Source: Poseidonia sp.
GTDB lineage: Archaea; Thermoplasmatota; Poseidoniia; Poseidoniales; Poseidoniaceae
Length of the DNA: 64,000 nucleotides
Direction of reading: 5' to 3'
NCBI GenBank assembly: GCA_038148515.1
Contig: JAYQVP010000003.1
Span: forward strand, 96,603 to 160,602
This document shows positions 29,481-38,219 of the stretch, piece by piece. Made by a program: the position numbers and the translations under genes. The notes under the pieces are model-generated. The model did no database searches, was not told the DNA's origin, and saw nothing but the letters and a program-made list of their open reading frames with translations. Each line of letters begins with the position of its first letter. Positions within the stretch are counted from its first letter, which is position 1.

Positions 29481-30674
29481 ATGATTCAGAAAAACCGAAA
29501 AAATGGAGCTGAGATGATGAACAACCAAACGTGCACGGATTGTGCCGGGCCGATGGTGAACGACTTCGGCAAGGGTGAAGCCTACTGCGGGGTGTGCGGA
29601 CTAACCGTTGAGCTCGCTCTTGACGATGCCGATACCAACAGCAGCCATGCCAAAGGTGAGGGTCGAACCAGTGAGGCCGTGAACAGCAATGCCGTTAGCC
29701 AAGGTGCGAAACACGGTGGACGCATGAATCCATTCGGTGACCTCTTTGATGCCAACGGAGTGCGCCTTTCCGAGCGTGCTCGCCAACAGTTCATACGCAT
29801 GAGCCGCCGCGATTTGTCAACACAACGTGATTCGGATCCCATGTACCAACAACTGTACGCTATGGTTCGCCAGCTGTTCGGCGACAACATGGCCCGCTTC
29901 GCTGAGTGCCTGATCGCCGCCGCCACCCGACAGCTCACCGAGGCACAGGAAGCGACCCGCAAGACCCTCACGCCAAGTGAGCAGCGACGACTGAAGTGTC
30001 CGAAGACATCAATCATGCGCAAAGCCAACCGCTACCGAGGCGACGGTACGCAACATGCCTTGCAAATCATGGCGCTCGCCATCGCTTCTCTGGCGTACAA
30101 ACACCTCGGCATGGTGCGAGTCAACGAGAAAGCCGTGATGACGCAGTACAACATCACCAAGGACCAACTCAAGTACTCCATGAAGACCATTCATCAAAAT
30201 TACATGATGCGCGTTCAGCTCGGTTGGGCCTGGCCACCACAAAGCGTTCCTGCCCACATTGCGCGACAGGATGAATACGACGCTGCATTGGAATACCTCG
30301 AGCAGGTTGTGGCCGACCGCTTTGATGCTCGAACGCACGAAAGCATCATGAAAGCGTTCCACGCCACGATGACGGCCATTGGAGAGCCCGATATTAACAG
30401 CCCCACGAGCAATGTACCCGTCAGCATGGTCGCCGCTTGCGTTCTCTACGCTTTGCTGACAAAGATGGGCCTTCACGAAGGGCACCTTTCCGCTATCGCT
30501 GAGGCCGTGGGTCGTTCGGGTGCCGGCGTCAAGAACCGCCTCGAAGACCTTCAAAACCGTCACGTTGCTGGTGAGTACCCCGAAGGGAAGCATTTGATGA
30601 CCGAATCCAAGAAGGGTTCAGACGTCGCCTCCGAGGACGTCTCCGTCGATGACAAGGCTCAGATTGAGGATTGA
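29481..30674 (+). CDS. Divergent transcription initiation factor IIB (TFB)-like protein
   Basis: Zn ribbon CTDC..ND..KGEAYCGVCGL, B-linker-like DANGVRLSERARQQF.RM, and C-terminal P..VAACVLY...IAEAVG.S..GVKNRLEDL. SD GGAGGTGA. Alternative start 29514. Confidence 0.75.
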   Translation: MIQKNRKNGAEMMNNQTCTDCAGPMVNDFGKGEAYCGVCGLTVELALDDADTNSSHAKGEGRTSEAVNSNAVSQGAKHGGRMNPFGDLFDANGVRLSERARQQFIRMSRRDLSTQRDSDPMYQQLYAMVRQLFGDNMARFAECLIAAATRQLTEAQEATRKTLTPSEQRRLKCPKTSIMRKANRYRGDGTQHALQIMALAIASLAYKHLGMVRVNEKAVMTQYNITKDQLKYSMKTIHQNYMMRVQLGWAWPPQSVPAHIARQDEYDAALEYLEQVVADRFDARTHESIMKAFHATMTAIGEPDINSPTSNVPVSMVAACVLYALLTKMGLHEGHLSAIAEAVGRSGAGVKNRLEDLQNRHVAGEYPEGKHLMTESKKGSDVASEDVSVDDKAQIED

Positions 30675-30713
30675 GGGCGGAAGTGGGATAGGTTCCCTCC
30701 CGCTGGGAGGACC

Positions 30714-31610
30714 ATGAGCCGATTGTTCGTCGTTATGGGACTTGTCTTGACCTTGGGGCTGAGCGTTGCACCAACGCAAGCACTTCCTGCATCACCCGTT
30801 GACAACGGAATCATCTTCGGGGGACAGTGGGCGCCAGTCAACGAATCCACAACTTCAACGGTCAACTTGAGCGAACTGCCAGCAGTTGTTGAAGTCTTCA
30901 CGGCAACATGGTGTGAAAACTGCGTGGATGTCGAACATGCCCTCGACGATGTGCAAGCCGAAGGGTGGTTGCAACAATACCACATCCACCGAGCCATCGG
31001 TGAAACACAAGATCCCTTCGGAACTGTTGTGCTGGACCAACGTTGGCGTGACCTGTACGGCATGACTTCGCCCCCAGCTGTCGTGTTCAACGGGACGATG
31101 AAAAAAATCGGCAGCGTCGCTGATGATGGCGACCTCAAGAACGAATTCACCAACCTTGCCAAGCGCGACCTCGGTCTTGGGCAAGGAACCAGTTCCTTTG
31201 TGTGGACGCCCACCAGCGAACAACAAGGAACGTTGGCATGGAACCTTGACATTCCCGCATGGGTGCTTGAAAACGCGACCCTCAACGTGACGGCTTGGTT
31301 GGTGGAGGCTGCGGCAGAATTCGAAGACGGTAGCAACGGGTTGGGCACCTATCCCCACATCGTTCACCGGCTTGATGTACTTGGCCACACTCTCAACGGT
31401 ACGGCGACGGTGAACATTCCCACGGCCTTTGACGGGTCAGACATGGAAATCCATCTTCTGTACAATGTTATTCCCGACCCCATTGAAGAGCCCCTCTCTT
31501 CCACCGAGGACGAAAACGACGAACCAAACGACACGCCATCGATTTCGATCTTGATGACCGGGATGGTGGTGGCGATTGCCGCAGCAGTGTTCACTCGTCG
31601 AGTTCCATGA
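30714..31610 (+). CDS. Exported thioredoxin-fold (WCENC) protein with C-terminal membrane anchor
   Basis: Signal peptide, VVEVFTATWCENC, acidic linker, then TPSIS + hydrophobic helix + RR (resembles an archaeosortase PGF-type sorting signal). Confidence 0.78.
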   Translation: MSRLFVVMGLVLTLGLSVAPTQALPASPVDNGIIFGGQWAPVNESTTSTVNLSELPAVVEVFTATWCENCVDVEHALDDVQAEGWLQQYHIHRAIGETQDPFGTVVLDQRWRDLYGMTSPPAVVFNGTMKKIGSVADDGDLKNEFTNLAKRDLGLGQGTSSFVWTPTSEQQGTLAWNLDIPAWVLENATLNVTAWLVEAAAEFEDGSNGLGTYPHIVHRLDVLGHTLNGTATVNIPTAFDGSDMEIHLLYNVIPDPIEEPLSSTEDENDEPNDTPSISILMTGMVVAIAAAVFTRRVP

Positions 31611-33981
31611 AACCTGGAAGCGCCCCAAATCCTTCCCGGGGTAGTCGGAGCGGTTCGTCCGTGAGGTCAACGTGCAACTCCCACGGGATATTGTCCGACA
31701 ACCGATCGGGTGCTGCCATGGGCTGTGCATAATGCCACCATCGTGGCGGTGCGCCTCGAATATTCTGCTGTTCCTGAGCAATCCGAAGCAAATTTGTGAG
31801 TTCAAGTTGAGCAACGGCTCGAGGATGATCACGCCGGATATATCGCCGCCGTTGTGCATGTTCGTTTTCTTCCACGTACCCCAATAAGCGTGCGATGGAC
31901 CCGAGGAAACGGCGCTCGATACGGTTCCGGACGGTCAACGTCAACCCAACGTGTTGAAAATTCATCTGCCCACCGTCGGCGATTGGAAGGTCGATAAACG
32001 ATCCAATCGGTTGTAAGCCCATGGCTTGCCAGCACCGTGCAAAGACCTCGCACCATCGACGCTCGCCGTCTCGGATGTCACCCTGCTCGTGGGGGTCGTC
32101 CTGACGACGATGCCCCAAAATATCGTGATAACGCTGACGTCGCAACCATCGATGGAAATGCCTTACGCCTTCTGGTCGAGGTGCTTTCCTCGCCTGACGA
32201 GGCTCTACTGTGCGCCGCCAAGCTTCAACCACTCGAGCCATCGGCAGAACGCCATTGGAAGCGAGCCCAGCGGCAAAACACTCCACCCACATCTCTGAAG
32301 CCGCTCCAAAATGCCGACGGGAACGATGGTGCATGTAGCGACGAACGATTTGGTTGAAGCGAGGTTCGACATCGCCGTTGTTATAGCGACGAATCTCTGG
32401 CGGAGCAAACCAAGCGTGCCCCGCAGCAACATGACCATCTCGCTTGAGTGAGGTGAGGGCGTCTTGGTCGAGGGTGGCCAACCACGCATCGGGAATGTTC
32501 GTGTCCGGAAAGCCAAACGGTGGATTGCCGATGATGACTTCGTTCAAACTATCGACCTTCAAACGCGTGTTGATGTCGTCGGCAAGAGCAAGGAAGACAG
32601 CACCGAGAATGTCGCCCAATGGCAGACGGTTGGAATGCAGGCCGCTGTGAATGCAGATGGAATGGCGAGAGAGGTTGTCAGTGGCTTCAATGTGCTGAAT
32701 TTGATACGGTGCACCGTGCTGCCCGATTCCGACACGGATTTGATAGGCGTGGCCCAACTTGCCAAACACCAACACCGTATCATCCTGGACGTACAATCGG
32801 TCGCCCAGCCCATTCATGATGTCGTGGCAAAACTCGAGTGAACGGACCATGGCGTCAGATGGCTTGCTTCCCTTCGTGTATGGGATGGACCAGTTGTGTT
32901 GGATGCCCAGAAGAAGTTTGCCCGCATAGGAACTGTGCGGGGAGAGGCAGAGGGAGATGAGCAACGCCCACACCTCAGGTTCGGGAGGCACCCGGATGCG
33001 CCGTAAATTGCCCAGTTGGGTGCGGACTCGAAAACCAAGGTGCTGTTTGCTCAAATCCAATGCCCACTTGACCGTTTGATGATCAGGGGCTCGGGCATCA
33101 ACCTCACGCCATGCCTTCATCCAAGGCACATCGTATGCCTCAAACACACCGGGGGGACGGTGATGTAACGCATCGGAAAAAAGCCGTTCGTAAGCGTGAT
33201 TGGCCTCCAACAGCGCTCGTTCGTGAAGGTCGTAGGCCCAAGCCATAGCCGCTAGAGAGGGGTGCTCTCCGTCGTGAAGCACACGGTCGAGTTGAATGCG
33301 ATTGGAGAGCCAAACCAACATCCCAGCCAACGGTCGAAACGCGGAGGAAACTCGGCCCTCTCCGCGTTGGAGGCGAAGGCCATGCGGGCGTTCTGCCCGG
33401 AAGACATCATGGAGAGCGGGGGAACATGAGGCCAAGGCGAGCAACATGCTCGAAACATCCCAACCCTCGCGACGCTCCCGGTTAGCAAGAAGTGTGAGAG
33501 GGAGGCTCAACGAGAGCGATGTCAACTCGCGATCGTTGAGCCACCAAGAACCGTTGAACCGTCGAAGCGTGGAACCGTCGTGAAATTTGACGCCCTCTTG
33601 CAAGATCAATTCATCCTTCGGTGTCATCATCCCTGTTTCTTGAAGCCGCTTCGTCAACGCAAAAAATTCTGCTTCGCTGCAAGGGAGAACCGTCACCGGG
33701 TCGCGTATGGAGGAAAGTCGAGCCCAATTGACGAGGTCGGAGTGCTCCATGCTTCGCTGCAGGTGCTTCCACCGGGCCTTTGAGGCCAAGGACGGGCCTC
33801 CGAACATCACCATGGCATGCTCGTGTTCTTCGGGGGTGAGTTCGACAAACCATCCCCTTGTTGGTCGATAAGCAATCAATGACTCGCACCACGTGCAACG
33901 AGTCTTTGTTTCGCTGGAGGCTGCGTTGTGTCGGCACGGCAGGGCGTTGTGGTTGTGGTTGTGGTTGTGGTTGTCATCCAT
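31591..33981 (-). CDS. Large hypothetical protein (~796 aa) with N-terminal NH repeat/Cys motif and an uncharacterised internal domain
   Basis: Long ORF. Start trimmed to ATG 33981 because the longer ORF overlaps ltaE and TTCAAA lies at -29. Confidence 0.72.
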   Translation of the reverse strand: MDDNHNHNHNHNALPCRHNAASSETKTRCTWCESLIAYRPTRGWFVELTPEEHEHAMVMFGGPSLASKARWKHLQRSMEHSDLVNWARLSSIRDPVTVLPCSEAEFFALTKRLQETGMMTPKDELILQEGVKFHDGSTLRRFNGSWWLNDRELTSLSLSLPLTLLANRERREGWDVSSMLLALASCSPALHDVFRAERPHGLRLQRGEGRVSSAFRPLAGMLVWLSNRIQLDRVLHDGEHPSLAAMAWAYDLHERALLEANHAYERLFSDALHHRPPGVFEAYDVPWMKAWREVDARAPDHQTVKWALDLSKQHLGFRVRTQLGNLRRIRVPPEPEVWALLISLCLSPHSSYAGKLLLGIQHNWSIPYTKGSKPSDAMVRSLEFCHDIMNGLGDRLYVQDDTVLVFGKLGHAYQIRVGIGQHGAPYQIQHIEATDNLSRHSICIHSGLHSNRLPLGDILGAVFLALADDINTRLKVDSLNEVIIGNPPFGFPDTNIPDAWLATLDQDALTSLKRDGHVAAGHAWFAPPEIRRYNNGDVEPRFNQIVRRYMHHRSRRHFGAASEMWVECFAAGLASNGVLPMARVVEAWRRTVEPRQARKAPRPEGVRHFHRWLRRQRYHDILGHRRQDDPHEQGDIRDGERRWCEVFARCWQAMGLQPIGSFIDLPIADGGQMNFQHVGLTLTVRNRIERRFLGSIARLLGYVEENEHAQRRRYIRRDHPRAVAQLELTNLLRIAQEQQNIRGAPPRWWHYAQPMAAPDRLSDNIPWELHVDLTDEPLRLPREGFGALPGFMELDE
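33946..33974. repeat. (GTTGTG)x~5 microsatellite encoding Asn-His repeat
   Basis: Read directly: gttgtggttgtggttgtggttgtggttgt. Confidence 0.9.
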
Positions 33982-34012
33982 GCTTTGAATATCGGTCCAG
34001 CCTATTTGAACC

Positions 34013-35053
34013 TCAATCGGGCCATTGCGCACGGAAAACGCCCAGCAAGTGTTCAACATCTTGTTCACTGATATGCAAGTGAAAGACGATTCGAAAGCGA
34101 TGGGTTCCCGTATCCAACACGTCCACGCCGTTGGTTCGAAGTGATTGAACGACCTCAGCAGCAGGCAACCGGGTGTCAACATACACCATATTGGTTTGAA
34201 CACTCTCCATGTCAACGGAGAAGGCTGACATGCTGTTGAGCGCCTCGGCGACCTGCCGAGCGTGACGGTGGTCCACGGCCAATCGCTCAACGTGATGGTC
34301 GAGAGCAAACATGCAACCTGCAGCCAACAAACCAGCCTGCCGCCAGCCGCCACCGAACACCTTTCGCCACCGGTGCGCTCGATGAATAAACTCGCTTGAA
34401 CCGACCAAAACCGAACCGACCGGAGCGCCCAATCCCTTGGAAAAGCAGATGGACACGGAGTCAAACGAGGCGCACAAACGGCGAACGGACACGCCGGTTG
34501 CAATCGCGGCATTGAAAATACGAGCCCCGTCAAGGTGCACCATGCAACCGTGTTCATGGGCGACAGCAGCGATGGCATCGAGCGTTTCGACATCGTAACA
34601 CGTCCCTCCGCCGAGATTGGAGGTGTTTTCAACGCACACCAACGTGCCGTTGGGATAGTGACCTTGAGAACCGGCGGTTTTACGGATGGCCTCGGCCACT
34701 TGTGTTGGCGACATCAACCCATGTCGCCCTTCCACCAATGCCACCGAAGCACCGCAAAGAGCAGCATAGCCGCCACCTTCGTACCGATAGATGTGGGCGG
34801 TGCGGTCACAAACGATTTCATCGCCCGGGACGGTGTGAGTTTTCAGTGCAATCGCATTTGACATGGTCCCAGATGCCACGAAGAGACCGGCTTCCTTCCC
34901 AAACAGAGCCGCTACGCGGTCCTGAAGGGCAATCACCGTTGGGTCATCCCCCAAGACATCGTCGCCAACCGGGGCTTCCATCATGTGGCGACGCATCTCA
35001 GGCGTGGGTTGTGTCACGGTGTCGGAGCGAAGGTCCAGACGGGCGGCGCTCAT
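34013..35053 (-). CDS. ltaE: Low-specificity L-threonine aldolase
   Basis: [16 protein letters not shown]-like, [31 protein letters not shown]. Alternative start 35059. Confidence 0.92.
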   Translation of the reverse strand: MSAARLDLRSDTVTQPTPEMRRHMMEAPVGDDVLGDDPTVIALQDRVAALFGKEAGLFVASGTMSNAIALKTHTVPGDEIVCDRTAHIYRYEGGGYAALCGASVALVEGRHGLMSPTQVAEAIRKTAGSQGHYPNGTLVCVENTSNLGGGTCYDVETLDAIAAVAHEHGCMVHLDGARIFNAAIATGVSVRRLCASFDSVSICFSKGLGAPVGSVLVGSSEFIHRAHRWRKVFGGGWRQAGLLAAGCMFALDHHVERLAVDHRHARQVAEALNSMSAFSVDMESVQTNMVYVDTRLPAAEVVQSLRTNGVDVLDTGTHRFRIVFHLHISEQDVEHLLGVFRAQWPD

Positions 35054-35093
35054 GGACATGGGTGTGGTTTCTCCCTCATCAATACCCTGCTAC

Positions 35094-35510
35094 TCACAGC
35101 AACTTCAACTCACCCGTGATGGTGTCAAGTACGGATGCATCGAATGGTCCCAAAGCCAACACGGTCATTGAACCGGCTGGGATTTGCGTGTGCCCTGCGT
35201 CCCGAACGACATGGGATGGGACCTCTCGTGTGCGAGCTTGTGCAAGGAGAGCATCAAAATCTCCCTCGGAGGGGACCTTCACGCAGACCTTCTTCTGGCC
35301 GCTGGCCAGCCAGGCCTCAACGTGTGCTGGATGAGTGACGCCCGCTCTCAAGAAGGCCTCGACGGACGCATGCCCGACTTGTGCCGCCGTCTTGCCTTTG
35401 CCCATGCCCAATCCATGATTGACGACGCACACCAATTTCACTGGCCCACCTACCGCCCGCTGGTTGGGACGGGGTGCCGTGAGGCGATGGAGAAAGGAGC
35501 GAATACCCAT
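35094..35510 (-). CDS. pth2: Peptidyl-tRNA hydrolase Pth2 (paralog 1)
   Basis: [14 protein letters not shown]...[32 protein letters not shown]. Confidence 0.9.
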   Translation of the reverse strand: MGIRSFLHRLTAPRPNQRAVGGPVKLVCVVNHGLGMGKGKTAAQVGHASVEAFLRAGVTHPAHVEAWLASGQKKVCVKVPSEGDFDALLAQARTREVPSHVVRDAGHTQIPAGSMTVLALGPFDASVLDTITGELKLL

Positions 35511-35520
35511 CCAATCATCC

Positions 35521-35883
35521 TCAATATGTCTCCAAATCGCGGACCACGTCGTCCACGGCGTGCCGAGGCCCCAACAAAGCCATCACAGTGACGGTACCCG
35601 CCGGGACCTCGGTTCGACCGGCGTCGGTCACGGTGTGATGAAGAATGCCGTAGGATAATCGATCCCTGAGTTCGTTCAAAGCAGCCTCATCGGCTACGCG
35701 AAGGGCGATTTTCCGACTCCCGCCTTCTCGCCACGCTTCAAACATTCGAGCAGAGCGTTTCCGAGCAGAAAGCGCCACTTCAACAGCACCATGACCGCAT
35801 TGAACCGCCACTTTTCCCGGTGACATCGCAAGGTCCTCCCGAACCACCAGCACCATCGTGGGCGATTCATCCTTCGACGCCAT
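35521..35883 (-). CDS. pth2: Peptidyl-tRNA hydrolase Pth2 (paralog 2)
   Basis: VVREDLAMSPGKVAVQCGHG, W...GSRKI.L, DAGRTEVPAGTVTV..LGP. Confidence 0.87.
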   Translation of the reverse strand: MASKDESPTMVLVVREDLAMSPGKVAVQCGHGAVEVALSARKRSARMFEAWREGGSRKIALRVADEAALNELRDRLSYGILHHTVTDAGRTEVPAGTVTVMALLGPRHAVDDVVRDLETY

Positions 35884-36520
35884 TAGGCTCACCACGCGGC
35901 TTCATCTCCATCCACGAGGTGGTTGTGTCTTGAAGCAGGCCGTGGATGGTCGGTCCGAACCACACCGCTACAGCAAGGTTTCCTAATGCGTGAAGGGCAT
36001 CGTAAGGCAGGCCAGCAAACAACAACGAGAAGAAGTCGGTCAGGGACATGGTTGAGTCAAGCAAGGATAGGGAGGCCACGAAGCCAAACACAAAGGCTGC
36101 CAGCACCGACACTACGCTGAGTTGGGGCAGACGCAACCGATTCGCCTCCAACAATCCAGCACCGAGAAGGGCAACGCTGGACCATCCCAAGGCTTGGAAC
36201 AATGTCCACCAGCCGTCTCCAATGAAGGCGTTGGACAGCAAGGTCACCAGCACGGCAAACGCCACGCCGCGCCGTGCACCAAGGCAGGCCCCGACCAACA
36301 ACACCGTCACAGTGACCGGTTGGATATTGGGCAACGGCTCCATCACCACTCGAAGAGCAGTCACGACGACGACCAATCCAGCCAAAGGAACCCATCCAGA
36401 GCGTTGTTGTCGTGAGAAAGGAGCGAGCATGATGGCAGCGAGGAGAACTAGGGCTCCGTGCATCAAGGCAGAGGCGACCGGGGTCAACTCGGGACCATGG
36501 ACGCCGATGGCCTGAAACAT
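35867..36520 (-). CDS. ECF transporter S component, CbrT (cobalamin)-like
   Basis: Six to seven TMs with LPNIQPVT, LLSN.F.G.GWWT.FQ...W and GLPYD.LHALGN motifs. Confidence 0.78.
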   Translation of the reverse strand: MFQAIGVHGPELTPVASALMHGALVLLAAIMLAPFSRQQRSGWVPLAGLVVVVTALRVVMEPLPNIQPVTVTVLLVGACLGARRGVAFAVLVTLLSNAFIGDGWWTLFQALGWSSVALLGAGLLEANRLRLPQLSVVSVLAAFVFGFVASLSLLDSTMSLTDFFSLLFAGLPYDALHALGNLAVAVWFGPTIHGLLQDTTTSWMEMKPRGEPNGVEG

Positions 36521-36551
36521 AACACGCCCAAACCGCCGGTGCCCTTGAGCA

Positions 36552-38213
36552 TTACCACTCCTCCACCAGTCGCCATGTCAAAACGACCGAGGATTCAACC
36601 TGAGCAGCGTCGATTGCTAAAACACCTCGCTCCCCATTCACAAAGTATTCCCAGCCAGCCCCCTGGGTGCCGTTGAAACCAACGAGGTAGGGTCCCAGTG
36701 ATGTGAGTTTGATATCGATTGTCCACCCTTGTTCATCCGCCGCCGCCTGGGTGAGAGATTGGACGTTGTTGTGACCCGTCAGTCCCCCGACCACGGTCCG
36801 ATTTGAACCTGTTTCGAACACCACCACCTGCGTGTCCGTCCATGCTTTGGGCCACTCCGACTCCCACGACGCCTCCAAAGCGTCTTCATGGGTTGACGAC
36901 AGTCCCGTCGCCCATTGGTGACTCACATCGGGCAACATCAAAAAACCAAGAACCAGCACCAATACCGAAAACACCTTCCAGACATTGGCAAAATGGTTGT
37001 TCTTCGCCAAGACAGAAAGGACCACCAAGCCACACAGCAGGCCGAGGGAGGTGAACAATGGACGTAGGTCGCCAATGGATTCATCGGTTGTGCTCGCATC
37101 CAACCTGTACGCCATCAATACACCCGCGTCATTGCCAAGGACCATCGTCGTCTCGAGGAAGGCAGGGGCTGATGTGCCGTAACCGTCATGGGGTGTGGAC
37201 CAACGACCTGTTTGAACCAGCAACCCGGCATCGTCGCATTGAACCACGGCCCACCCTCCTCCGACGGTATTGATCGGAGCGTAGAACGTGTCGGCGTTTT
37301 GCCAGGCCATCTCTCCATTCACCGTTGCTTCAAGTTGATCGACCACGCCACATGCGTTATCGCATCGTACGGAGGTAAGGTGATGGCTGTCACCAAACAC
37401 CACGATGTTTCCTCGAACCAGTGGAATGGCGGGAGAAGGTCCGGATACGGCAAGAATCCTTGATACAAGATTGGACGAATTCCAAAACACAATGTCGCTG
37501 GAGGCGTCGTGTTGAACATGGACCAACAGGCCACCAGGAACGATCACGGGGGCGTGGCGAATGGCTCCTTCCACGTTCGCAATGACCGTTGCCGTTCCGT
37601 TGCGTGCCACCTTCCACAACTGTCCGGCTTCGTCACCGATGTAATAACCGTCATCGGTGACTGCTACGCCGTTGCGCCACCCTTCCCCCAACGTGAGGTT
37701 CAGGCTTGGTGTTCCGTCCGCCAAACAGCGTAAGGTGAGTCCATCTCTGGTCGGCACCGCAATGTGGTCGCCATCCAGGGCCATTGCTCCCGTGACCCCC
37801 CATCCCTGCAGGGCGGAATCAAAACGCCATGCGATGGAGCCGTTGCTGGAATGAAGTGCGTGCACCTCTCCGTTTGCCCAACCCACCATCAACAACTCCG
37901 GCCACACGCCGCACGCTCCCTGACCCGCCGGGACCCGAAGCAGAGGAGACATGTCGTGTTGAACCGTCGCTTGATTGACCGTCGACCACATGACCTCGCC
38001 GTCAAGGTCGAGAGCCGTTACCGAGGGACGGTCTTCGCCAGTCCAGAACCCTGAACTTCGAACATAGATGGCTCCATCGTCCACCACCGGTGAGGTGGTG
38101 ATGTAGCCCGGTTGAACCGAATGCTCCCATGCAAGGGACCACGGGGAAGCGGTGACGACGGGGAAAAGAAAAAGCAACGACAAGAGGACCAGAAGACAGG
38201 CCCTCGTTCGCAT
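36552..38213 (-). CDS. PQQ-like beta-propeller protein + TM hairpin + C-terminal DUF4430/transcobalamin-like domain
   Basis: Signal peptide, PQQ-type blades (TSPVVDDG.IY, G.V.AL...G.IAW), two TMs, and C-terminal GPYLVGFNG..GAGWEYFVNG...ID...V....LTW. Confidence 0.72.
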   Translation of the reverse strand: MRTRACLLVLLSLLFLFPVVTASPWSLAWEHSVQPGYITTSPVVDDGAIYVRSSGFWTGEDRPSVTALDLDGEVMWSTVNQATVQHDMSPLLRVPAGQGACGVWPELLMVGWANGEVHALHSSNGSIAWRFDSALQGWGVTGAMALDGDHIAVPTRDGLTLRCLADGTPSLNLTLGEGWRNGVAVTDDGYYIGDEAGQLWKVARNGTATVIANVEGAIRHAPVIVPGGLLVHVQHDASSDIVFWNSSNLVSRILAVSGPSPAIPLVRGNIVVFGDSHHLTSVRCDNACGVVDQLEATVNGEMAWQNADTFYAPINTVGGGWAVVQCDDAGLLVQTGRWSTPHDGYGTSAPAFLETTMVLGNDAGVLMAYRLDASTTDESIGDLRPLFTSLGLLCGLVVLSVLAKNNHFANVWKVFSVLVLVLGFLMLPDVSHQWATGLSSTHEDALEASWESEWPKAWTDTQVVVFETGSNRTVVGGLTGHNNVQSLTQAAADEQGWTIDIKLTSLGPYLVGFNGTQGAGWEYFVNGERGVLAIDAAQVESSVVLTWRLVEEW

Positions 38214-38219
38214 TGACGT

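Noticed and set aside
33982-34632. N-terminal extension of the 1013-aa ORF, suggesting an overlapping gene or frameshift fusion with ltaE
   Set aside because: It is an alternate frame of ltaE with non-protein-like composition. A promoter-like hexamer at -29 supports ATG 33981.
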